The notes under the pieces are model-generated. The model was not told the origin of the DNA. It saw nothing but the letters and a program-made list of their open reading frames with translations, and searched no databases. From the NCBI GenBank assembly GCA_964395755.1, contig CAYNBD010000002.1, forward strand, positions 1-35,185: 35,185 nt of DNA, read 5' to 3'. Origin of the DNA: an uncultured Gammaproteobacteria bacterium. GTDB taxonomy: Bacteria > Patescibacteriota > Patescibacteriia > Patescibacteriales > CAYMCJ01. Positions 16,961 to 24,427 of the stretch are shown piece after piece. How positions within the stretch are numbered: the first letter of the stretch is position 1; each line of letters begins with the position of its first letter. A program made the translations under genes and the position numbers.

Positions 16961-17425
16961 CTATATTGATTTGCCTTTTTCGTCTTGTTTTTCGTCTTGA
17001 TGGCGAAATTCCTCAATCACTTCAGATATATTTTCAGGAAGGAAATTTAGGGCATTAAAATAACGGAGTATTTCGTGGGAGTAAAGCGGTTCCTTGGGCT
17101 GTAATACTTTTGTCGGGAGCAATACGGTTTCGCCAATAATACCTTTTGTCCATTCATATTTTTCTTGCCCTGGGTATGCAACTTCAATTTTAGCCAGGAG
17201 AATTTCTTCGCCTTTCATCCAGAATAACCGAATGGGAACGACTGTTACAGAATGCCTGTTTATACCACAAGTAGACGCCCAGAATCCATAAAGAAATGGT
17301 TTACCGAGCGACTTTCCTTCCGGCGAAACGTTAGCTTTTGCTACTTTTGGGTCGGTTTTGCTTAGGACCATAGTTTCTACCGGTGCCCCATCTTCGTCCG
17401 TTGTTTCAATAATAAAAATAGTCAA
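16961..17425 (-). CDS. hypothetical protein (no recognisable domain)
   Basis: A 154-aa ORF with its own strong terminator and an acidic/lysine-rich tail. Composition resembles the neighbouring genes. Confidence 0.6.
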   Translation of the reverse strand: MTIFIIETTDEDGAPVETMVLSKTDPKVAKANVSPEGKSLGKPFLYGFWASTCGINRHSVTVVPIRLFWMKGEEILLAKIEVAYPGQEKYEWTKGIIGETVLLPTKVLQPKEPLYSHEILRYFNALNFLPENISEVIEEFRHQDEKQDEKGKSI

Positions 17426-17466
17426 TGTTTAGTTCAGTTTTGTTGTCAAAGTTTTGGTATAATAAT

Positions 17467-17652
17467 ATGAAAAAAAAAATATTTCAAATTTTCAAAGAAT
17501 TATTTTACGTTTTAACCGGGGCGTTAGTGATTTTCGTGTTGCTGGAAATTGTTTGGCCGGGGATAGTTTTGGCTTATATTAAAATAAATTTTGTCTTGAT
17601 TTTATGGCTGGGTAGTGGTATAGTTATATTAGTCAAAAGTGCAAAGTTATAA
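17467..17652 (+). CDS. possible small two-TM membrane protein
   Basis: From the internal ATG, MKKKIFQIFKELFYVLTGALVIFVLLEIVWPGIVLAYIKINFVLILWLGSGIVILV shows two hydrophobic helices. However, an extended -10 (TGgTATAAT, 17455..17463) sits only 3 nt upstream of the ATG. Expression as a CDS is therefore doubtful. Confidence 0.35.
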   Translation: MKKKIFQIFKELFYVLTGALVIFVLLEIVWPGIVLAYIKINFVLILWLGSGIVILVKSAKL

Positions 17653-17686
17653 AGTAAAAAGTTTTTAAAGTTCATAAAGTAGAAAG
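17644..17686 (+). repeat. ataaagt-word element (copy related to 24332..24420)
   Basis: aagttataaagtaaaaagtttttaaagttcataaagtagaaag. It shares an exact 16-mer, ataaagtaaaaagttt (17649..17664), with 24344..24359. Confidence 0.5.
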
Positions 17687-17709
17687 CTAAAAGGTATGAT
17701 ATATGATAT

Positions 17710-18162
17710 ATGATAAAAGATGTAGTTATAAAAAAATTAAATAAACACGATGATGAGCGGGGCTGGCTGGTCGAGATTTGGCGCAATGATGAAGGCGGCT
17801 ATCAGGCGGCGATGAGTTATGTGAGCGTTACCAAGCCGGGCACGGTTCGGGGTCCGCACGAGCACAAAGAGCAGACGGATTATTTCGTATTTTTAGGTCC
17901 GGGAAAATTTGAATTACATCTTTGGGATAGGCGGGCGGGCAGTCCGACCGAAGGCGAATACGTGAAAATCGCAGGGGGCGAAGATAACCCGACCGCGGTT
18001 TTGGTACCGCCCGGCGTGGTGCACGGCTATAAATGCGTTTCCGCTTGCCCCGGCTGGTGCGTTAATTTGCCGGATAAACTGTTCAGGGGCAAAGGTAAGA
18101 CAGAGGAAGTGGATGAGATAAGATGGGAGGACGATGAAGATTCTCCGTATGTTATAAAATAA
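17710..18162 (+). CDS. RmlC-like cupin (dTDP-4-dehydrorhamnose 3,5-epimerase family, short form)
   Basis: The pattern HDDERGWLVEIW..VTKPGTVRGPHEHKEQTDYFVFL..VLVPPGVVHGY is typical of RmlC-type cupins. It lies two genes upstream of rfbB, with the HIT gene in between. Confidence 0.7.
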   Translation: MIKDVVIKKLNKHDDERGWLVEIWRNDEGGYQAAMSYVSVTKPGTVRGPHEHKEQTDYFVFLGPGKFELHLWDRRAGSPTEGEYVKIAGGEDNPTAVLVPPGVVHGYKCVSACPGWCVNLPDKLFRGKGKTEEVDEIRWEDDEDSPYVIK

Positions 18163-18163
18163 G

Positions 18164-18236
18164 AAAAATAAGTAAAATAAGAACAAGAAGATTAAGCATT
18201 TTTATTTTATTTATTTCTCTTATTTTACTTATTTTT
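18164..18236. repeat. aataag-word hairpin with a 19-bp perfect stem, abutting the HIT start codon
   Basis: aaaaataagtaaaataaga (18164..18182) is the exact reverse complement of tcttattttacttattttt (18218..18236). The loop is 35 nt. The HIT ATG is at 18237. Confidence 0.7.
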
Positions 18237-18662
18237 ATGAAAGATTGTATTTTTTGTAAAATCGCAGCCGGAGAGTTGCCCTGCTATAAAGTGTATGAGG
18301 ATGATAAAATCCTGGCCTTTTTGGATATTCATCCGATTAATAAGGGCCATACTTTGATTATCCCCAAAGAGCATTACGAAAGCAGTTTGGGAACGCCGGA
18401 TGAATTATTAAAGTACATTGTAGTGGTAGCTAAAAAAATCGCTCTGGCGGTAATGAAAACGACCGGAGCTCTGGGCTGCAATATCGGCATTAACAACGGC
18501 GAGGCCTCAGGCCAATTGGTTTTTCATACCCACTGGCATGTCATGCCCCGTTTTGCCAATGATGGTTATGAACTGTGGCACGGTAAGGATACGGCTTACA
18601 GCGAGGGGGAGATGGAGAGCTTGGCTACGCAGATTAATGGGCAACTGATGGCCAAGGCTTAA
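18237..18662 (+). CDS. HIT (histidine triad) family protein
   Basis: The N-terminus CIFCKI..GELP and the histidine triad HTHWHVMPR. Confidence 0.9.
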   Translation: MKDCIFCKIAAGELPCYKVYEDDKILAFLDIHPINKGHTLIIPKEHYESSLGTPDELLKYIVVVAKKIALAVMKTTGALGCNIGINNGEASGQLVFHTHWHVMPRFANDGYELWHGKDTAYSEGEMESLATQINGQLMAKA

Positions 18663-18723
18663 AAGAGGTTATAAGAAATTAATTGTTATATGTTTTCATT
18701 GCTATATTGCTACATTGTTGAAT

Positions 18724-18755
18724 GAAATTGAAAATTTGTAATTTGTAATTTGGGG
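18724..18755 (+). repeat. dispersed element gaaattgaaaatttgtaatttgtaatttgggg (copy 2)
   Basis: 18724..18754 is 29/31 identical to 13393..13423. tttgtaatttgtaat (18735..18749) can pair, with four G-U pairs, with gttacaggttacaag (18802..18816), which is followed by tttttt. Confidence 0.6.
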
Positions 18756-18868
18756 TAAACACGAAAATAACGAATGTCTTTCATTTTTACATCGTTAAAT
18801 AGTTACAGGTTACAAGTTTTTTGTCGTTTGCTATCTAACCATTTAGCTAATTTAACCAAAAGATATTT

Positions 18869-19870
18869 ATGAAATTATTAGTGACCGGCGGCGCCGGGTT
18901 TATCGGCTCTAATTTTATCCATTATTGGCTGGGGAAATATCCGGCTGACAAGATTATCAACCTGGATGTTTTAACTTATGCCGGAAATTTGGAAAATTTA
19001 AAAGCGGTGGAAAAAAATAAAAATTATGAATTTGTTAAAGGTGATATTTGCGACCAGAAGCTGGTCAATGACTTGGTTTCAGGCGTTGATTTAATCGTCC
19101 ATTTTGCGGCCGAGTCGCATGTTGACCGTTCCATTATAAAGAGCGAGGATTTTATCAGAACCAATGTTGTGGGCACCAGGGTTTTACTGGATGCAGCCCG
19201 GGAGAAAAAAATCCGTTTCCATCACATTTCCACGGATGAAGTTTTCGGCGAGCTGGGAATGAACGAGCCGCCCTTTAGCGAAAAGACGCCTTATGATCCC
19301 CGCAGTCCTTACAGCGCTTCCAAAGCCGCGGCTGACCATTTGGCGCGGGCTTATTTTCATACCCATAAACTGCCGGTTACGATTTCCAACTGCACCAACA
19401 ATTATGGCCCCTACCAGTTTCCGGAAAAAATTATTCCTTTGTTTATCACCAATTTGCTGGAAAATAAGAAAGTACCGATTTACGGAGAAGGAAAGAATGT
19501 CCGCGACTGGATTCACGTTGACGACCATAACCGCGGCGTTGAATTGATTATCCAAAAAGGCCGGCCGGGCGAAACTTATTGTTTGGGCAGCAACCAGGAA
19601 ATTTCCAATCTTGATTTGACCAAAAAGATTTTAAAATTAATGAACCGGGGCGAAGAGATGATAGCATACGTTCAGGATCGGCCGGGCCATGATCTGCGCT
19701 ATGCCATGGATTATGCCAAAGCGAAAACCGAGTTGGGCTGGCGGCCCGTGATTAACTTTGATGACGGCCTGAAAAAAACGATTGCCTGGTATCAAGACAA
19801 TAAAAGCTGGTGGCAAAAGATTAAAAGCGGGGAATATCAGGAATATTACCGGCAGCAGTATGGGAAATAG
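18869..19870 (+). CDS. rfbB: dTDP-glucose 4,6-dehydratase
   Basis: Rossmann motif TGGAGFIGSNF, catalytic YSASKAAADHL, and overall RmlB-like length and motifs (DVLTYAGN, HISTDEVFG, TNNYGPYQFPEK). Confidence 0.92.
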   Translation: MKLLVTGGAGFIGSNFIHYWLGKYPADKIINLDVLTYAGNLENLKAVEKNKNYEFVKGDICDQKLVNDLVSGVDLIVHFAAESHVDRSIIKSEDFIRTNVVGTRVLLDAAREKKIRFHHISTDEVFGELGMNEPPFSEKTPYDPRSPYSASKAAADHLARAYFHTHKLPVTISNCTNNYGPYQFPEKIIPLFITNLLENKKVPIYGEGKNVRDWIHVDDHNRGVELIIQKGRPGETYCLGSNQEISNLDLTKKILKLMNRGEEMIAYVQDRPGHDLRYAMDYAKAKTELGWRPVINFDDGLKKTIAWYQDNKSWWQKIKSGEYQEYYRQQYGK

Positions 19871-19988
19871 GCGGCGGCAGTGATTGCCAAAAGGAAAATT
19901 TTAGACAGAGATAGAGACGACTTCATATAACATTAACCCTGGAAGCGGATTTAATTGGCATAGTTTTTTTGTTTCACCGCCTATCCAT

Positions 19989-20016
19989 TTGACAAATTAT
20001 ACTCAAATGGTATAAT
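19989..20016 (+). promoter_or_regulatory. promoter TTGACA-16 nt-(TGg)TATAAT for the efflux operon
   Basis: TTGACA at 19989..19994 and TATAAT at 20011..20016 with an extended -10 TG. The HlyD ATG lies about 240 nt downstream. Confidence 0.6.
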
Positions 20017-20032
20017 TTAGATAGTTATCTAA
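20017..20032. promoter_or_regulatory. operator-like palindrome TTAGATA-gt-TATCTAA overlapping the predicted start site
   Basis: Seven-bp perfect arms start immediately after the -10 hexamer. A further atatctaaata half-site follows. Confidence 0.4.
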
Positions 20033-20255
20033 ATATCTAAATAATCATTTATTTTAAGGTTGGTACGTTTTAGTTAACCAAGCTTTTGTGGTATAATTCA
20101 TTTAAACACCAATAAACGCAAATATACAAATATTGTTTATTATTACTACGCGTTATAGCCGTATTAACGCTTTAGTTTAATTTGCGTTATATTTGTAATG
20201 ATTTGTAATTTGTAATCTTATTATGCAATCTTACTAACAACGTACGATTATTATT

Positions 20256-22157
20256 ATGAAGTTAAGTAAAACAAAAATTATATTAATAATTGTTGTTCTG
20301 ATGGTTATCGGCGGGATTGTTTTTGCTTCCACCCGGGAGAAGAAGGTTGAATATACTACCGTCAAAGTTGAAAGAGGAAACTTAATTCAGACCGTGAGCG
20401 AGGTGGGTACTGTCAAAGCCGCGCAGGAAATAGAATTAAATTTTTTGCAAAGCGGCAAGGTGGGCAATGTATTGGTAAATATCGGAGACAAGGTGGTTAA
20501 AGATCAGGTTTTAGCCGAACTTGATTATGGTTCTTTAACCATTAAAGAGCAGGAAGCGCAGGCTAATTTAGATATTGCCCAGGCCCAGCTTAATAAATTA
20601 TTAAAAGGAGCGACCAGTCAGGAAATAGCGGTTAGCCAGGCCAATGTTGATAAGGCTCTGGCCGCTTATAATTCCGCCCTGGATGAACTGGAAAAAACAG
20701 AAGCAACCGTAGCCGAGGATATTGCCCAGGCCGGGAAGATCCTGTCCGACTTGGAATCAGACGGAGCGGATAATGTTACCTCCTACGAGCAGGCGGTTAC
20801 CACGGCGCAAGTTAATTTGGATAACGCCAAGAGCACCTATCAACAATCCATTGATAATAAAAAGAAAACCCTTTTAACGGCCATAGATAATAAATTAGCG
20901 GTCGCCAATACCGCTCTGGATAATATTAAGACTGTTTTAAACGATAGCGATGCCGATACGGTTTTGAGCAGAAAAAACCCGATTTATCTAAATTATACCA
21001 ACACTTCCTATAGCGCCGCTCTGGGTTTGTTAACTGCGGCCAAGAATAGTTTAATAACGGCAAAAGCCAATCAAACCGATATTAATATTGCGGCCGCGGC
21101 GGCTGATGCCGAAAGTTCTCTGGACAAAGCTTTTGAAGCTTTAAGTTATTGTTACAATGCTTTGGAAAATACGATTGTTTCTTCTTCTTTTACCCAGGCA
21201 GAACTTGATGCCTATAAAACCAGCATTAGCGCCCAGATAACGGCTGTTAGTACCGGCATTAGCGTGGTGGAAACGGCTGAGCAAGACTGGACCGAGGCCA
21301 AGCTTACTTATGAGACGAAGGCGGCGGCGGCGGAAGACAGTCTGTCTGACGCTCAAGTTGATTTACATGATGCCATTAACGCTGCCCGCAACAGTCTGGC
21401 TTCGGTCCAATTATCCGGCAACCAACAGATTGTAACCGCGCAAGCCAAGATTGATGCTAATTATAAGGCCTGGCAGGTGGCCAAGGCCCAATTGAATGAA
21501 TTAAAATCGCCGCCCCGGATTGAGGACGTGTCCCTGTCCCGCGCCCAGGTTAAACAGGCCGAAGCGGCGCTGGGTTTAGCCGGAAAACAGATTGAGGATA
21601 GCATTATCAAGGCGTCGATTAACGGCACGGTGATTAAAATAGAATATGAGGCCGGTGAGCAGGTGTTGGCCAATAAACCGGCCATTGCTTTGCTGTCGGA
21701 AAACAATTTTGAGATCGAGGTTGATGTTTCCGAAGCCGATATTGCTAAAGTCAGTCTTAATAATCCGGTGGAAATCACCCTGGACGCTTTCGGGGACGAA
21801 GTTAAATTTTACGGCAGTGTTTATTTTATTGAGCCGGCCGAGACCGTTATCCAGGACGTTATTTATTATAAGGTTAAAATCAGTTTTGATCCGGCTAAGT
21901 CGGATGTTAGTAATGTTAAACCGGGTATGACCGCCAACGTCATGATAACTACGGCCCGTAAAGACAATGTTTTAATAATTCCCGGACGGGCCATCGTGCA
22001 AAAAGACGGCGACCGCTACGTCAGAATATTGCGGGGCTCGGAGTTAACGGAATCATCGGTACAGACCGGCTTAAGAGGGGACGAAGGCATGGTTGAAGTT
22101 TTGTCCGGGGTTAAAGAAGGGGACGAGGTGGTTACTTACGTGCAAGACGGCGGATAA
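20256..22157 (+). CDS. HlyD/MacA-type periplasmic adaptor with a very long coiled coil
   Basis: An N-terminal TM is followed by a lipoyl-like half (GTVKAAQEIELNFLQSGKVGNVLVNIGDKVVKDQVLAELD). About 350 aa of A/Q/E/L-rich coiled coil follow. The second lipoyl half is IKASINGTVIKIEYEAGEQV, then a beta-barrel C-terminus. Confidence 0.85.
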   Translation: MKLSKTKIILIIVVLMVIGGIVFASTREKKVEYTTVKVERGNLIQTVSEVGTVKAAQEIELNFLQSGKVGNVLVNIGDKVVKDQVLAELDYGSLTIKEQEAQANLDIAQAQLNKLLKGATSQEIAVSQANVDKALAAYNSALDELEKTEATVAEDIAQAGKILSDLESDGADNVTSYEQAVTTAQVNLDNAKSTYQQSIDNKKKTLLTAIDNKLAVANTALDNIKTVLNDSDADTVLSRKNPIYLNYTNTSYSAALGLLTAAKNSLITAKANQTDINIAAAAADAESSLDKAFEALSYCYNALENTIVSSSFTQAELDAYKTSISAQITAVSTGISVVETAEQDWTEAKLTYETKAAAAEDSLSDAQVDLHDAINAARNSLASVQLSGNQQIVTAQAKIDANYKAWQVAKAQLNELKSPPRIEDVSLSRAQVKQAEAALGLAGKQIEDSIIKASINGTVIKIEYEAGEQVLANKPAIALLSENNFEIEVDVSEADIAKVSLNNPVEITLDAFGDEVKFYGSVYFIEPAETVIQDVIYYKVKISFDPAKSDVSNVKPGMTANVMITTARKDNVLIIPGRAIVQKDGDRYVRILRGSELTESSVQTGLRGDEGMVEVLSGVKEGDEVVTYVQDGG

Positions 22158-22303
22158 AATGATAATTTGAAATTCTAAATTGGTACTTGGGAAGTTGTTT
22201 TTTAAACATTTGGGATTGGCAATTTTAAATTATGTTTATTTTATGAAAGCGTGTAACACTTGAAAAGTTAGTATGCAGAAACAAAAAATAAATTTAGATT
22301 ATT

Positions 22304-23017
22304 ATGTTGATTAACGTTGAAAATCTGAAAAAAGAATATCGGAATGACGAGGTCGTGACCAAGGTTTTGCACGGCCTTTCTTTTAGTATTGATAAGGGTG
22401 AATTCGTAGCCATTATGGGACCGAGCGGCTCCGGCAAATCCACCCTCATGCATATTCTGGGATTGTTGGATCGGGCTAGCAGCGGCATTTATGAGTTGGA
22501 AGGGGAAAACGTGGCTGATTTTGATGATAATGAGTTGGCACATTTGCGCAACCAGAAAATCGGATTTGTTTTCCAGTCCTTTAATCTGCTGGCCCGGACC
22601 AGTGTTTTGGATAATGTCAAACTGCCCCTGACCTATGCGGCGGATAAACATGATATTGACCGGCGGGCCGAAGAAGTTTTGGAGAGCGTGGGCCTGGGAC
22701 ACCGTCTTCATTATTTTACCAATCAGATTTCCGGCGGGGAAAAGCAAAGAGTGGCGATTGCCCGCGCTTTGGTCAATCAGCCGTCGGTGATTTTTGCGGA
22801 TGAGCCGACCGGCAACCTGGATTCAAAATCCGGTATCCAGGTGATGGAAATTTTACAGCGCCTCAATAATGCCGGCAATACGATCGTGATGGTTACCCAT
22901 GAAAAATATACTTCCGAGCACGCCAAAAGAATTATCCAGATTAAAGACGGCATGATTACGCATGATTATGAAGTTAAAAATAGAAGGATAGCCCGGGACG
23001 GAATGTTTTTAAAGTAA
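22304..23017 (+). CDS. ABC transporter ATP-binding protein (MacB/LolD type)
   Basis: Walker A GPSGSGKST, signature LSGGEKQRVAIARAL, Walker B VIFADEPTGNLD, and an H-loop VTHE. Confidence 0.93.
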   Translation: MLINVENLKKEYRNDEVVTKVLHGLSFSIDKGEFVAIMGPSGSGKSTLMHILGLLDRASSGIYELEGENVADFDDNELAHLRNQKIGFVFQSFNLLARTSVLDNVKLPLTYAADKHDIDRRAEEVLESVGLGHRLHYFTNQISGGEKQRVAIARALVNQPSVIFADEPTGNLDSKSGIQVMEILQRLNNAGNTIVMVTHEKYTSEHAKRIIQIKDGMITHDYEVKNRRIARDGMFLK

Positions 23018-23019
23018 TG

Positions 23020-23051
23020 CGAATCTGTAAACCCGCCAGCTGGCGGATTCG
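23020..23051 (+). other. GC-rich hairpin between the ATPase and the first permease gene
   Basis: The perfect 14-bp palindrome CCGCCAGCTGGCGG (23033..23046) is flanked by cgaatc (23020..23025) and gattcg (23046..23051). No T-run follows. Confidence 0.6.
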
Positions 23052-23070
23052 GATAAATTAGGATTATATT

Positions 23071-24327
23071 ATGATGTTGAATTTAATAAAACAATGTATC
23101 CGCGTTTCCGCTACCGCACTTCTGGCTAACAAGGCGAGGAGTTTTTTAACTATGCTCGGAATTATAATCGGCGTGGGAGCGGTTATCGTTATTATGGCCG
23201 TGGGCGCCGGGGCGCAGAGTTTAATTTTGGCCCAGGTTAAGACTTTGGGGACTAATTTAGTGGGTATTATGCCGGGCAAATCGGAAGAGGAGGGTCCGCC
23301 CGCTTCGGCCATGGGCATCGTCATTACCACCCTAAATTACGAAGACGCTCTGTCTTTGGAAAACAAAAGTAAAGTCCCGAACGTTGCCGCCGTGGTGGCT
23401 TATACCAAGGGCATTGGCACGGTCAGCTGGGGGGCCAATACTTATGATACCAATTTGAGCGGTTGCACGGCCGGTTTTTTAGAGGTTGAAGACGGCGAGG
23501 TAGCCGCGGGTCGTTTTTTCAATCAGGAAGAGGAGAAGAATTTGGCGCGGGTGGTGGTTTTGGGCAGCACGGTTAAAGATGAACTTTTCGGGGAGTCAGA
23601 CGCTATCGGGCAGAAAGTTAAAATTAAGAAGCATACTTTTGAAGTCATCGGGGTAATGAAAGAAAGAGGCACAGTCGCTTTTCAGGATTATGACGATCAG
23701 GTTTTTTTGCCGTTAGCCACTATGCAAAAGTTGATTGCCGGCGTCAATTATGTGGGCTTAATTCGGGTTAAAGTTGACCACGAAGATAATATCCAGCGGG
23801 CGATGGCGGATATTGCCATGACCATTAGGGAAAACCATGACATTCACGACTCCAGCGGCACTGCGGACGATTTCACCGTTAGGAGCGCGGCCCAAGCCCT
23901 GGACGTGATTAAAACCATTACCAATGCCTTAAGATATTTTCTGGCCGCCATGGCCGCCTTGTCTTTAATCGTCGGCGGTATCGGCATAATGAACATTATG
24001 CTGGTGAGCGTCACCGAACGTACCCGGGAAATCGGCTTAAGAAAAGCCGTGGGGGCGAATAATGGCAATATCATGAGCCAGTTTTTAATGGAAGCGGTGG
24101 CGATAACCCTAACCGGCGGCATAATCGGTATTGCCGGCGGCTCCGCGGTTTCTTTGCTAATTGCGCTGGGAGCCAAAGTTTTGGGTTATGATTGGGCTTT
24201 TATCGTTTCGTTTTTTTCCGTGATTTTGGCCGTCGGGGTTTCTATGCTGGTGGGTTTGGTATTCGGTTTGTATCCGGCCCGCAAAGCCAGCCGCCTGGAG
24301 CCGGTAGAGGCCCTGCGGTATGAATAA
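23071..24327 (+). CDS. ABC transporter permease, MacB-PCD + FtsX family (paralog 1)
   Basis: An N-terminal TM, a large extracytoplasmic domain, and a C-terminal FtsX block: IGGIGIMNIMLVSVTERTREIGLRKAVGA ... YPARKASRLEPVEALRYE. Confidence 0.9.
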   Translation: MMLNLIKQCIRVSATALLANKARSFLTMLGIIIGVGAVIVIMAVGAGAQSLILAQVKTLGTNLVGIMPGKSEEEGPPASAMGIVITTLNYEDALSLENKSKVPNVAAVVAYTKGIGTVSWGANTYDTNLSGCTAGFLEVEDGEVAAGRFFNQEEEKNLARVVVLGSTVKDELFGESDAIGQKVKIKKHTFEVIGVMKERGTVAFQDYDDQVFLPLATMQKLIAGVNYVGLIRVKVDHEDNIQRAMADIAMTIRENHDIHDSSGTADDFTVRSAAQALDVIKTITNALRYFLAAMAALSLIVGGIGIMNIMLVSVTERTREIGLRKAVGANNGNIMSQFLMEAVAITLTGGIIGIAGGSAVSLLIALGAKVLGYDWAFIVSFFSVILAVGVSMLVGLVFGLYPARKASRLEPVEALRYE

Positions 24328-24331
24328 AAGA

Positions 24332-24420
24332 GTTATAAAGTTCATAAAGTAAAAAGTTTATAAAGTTATAAAGTTTGTAGTGTAATACTTTTAACTTTAT
24401 GAACTTTATAACTTTATAAC
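24332..24420. repeat. ataaagt-word hairpin between the two permease genes
   Basis: gttataaagttcataaagt (24332..24350) is the exact reverse complement of actttatgaactttataac (24394..24412). Additional registers are possible because the words repeat. Confidence 0.7.
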
Positions 24421-24427
24421 CGAAGTT

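Noticed and set aside
22268-22747. A 159-aa minus-strand ORF.
   Set aside because: It is antisense to the ABC ATPase, which has Walker A, signature and Walker B motifs on the plus strand. It is a shadow ORF.
24332-24420. Possibility that the reiterated-word spacers (here and at 9349, 18164, 26031, 28295 and 29403) are CRISPR arrays.
   Set aside because: The units are only 7-12 nt. There is no alternation of constant repeats with unique 25-40-nt spacers. Each locus has at most a few copies, arranged as inverted arms, and no cas genes are present.
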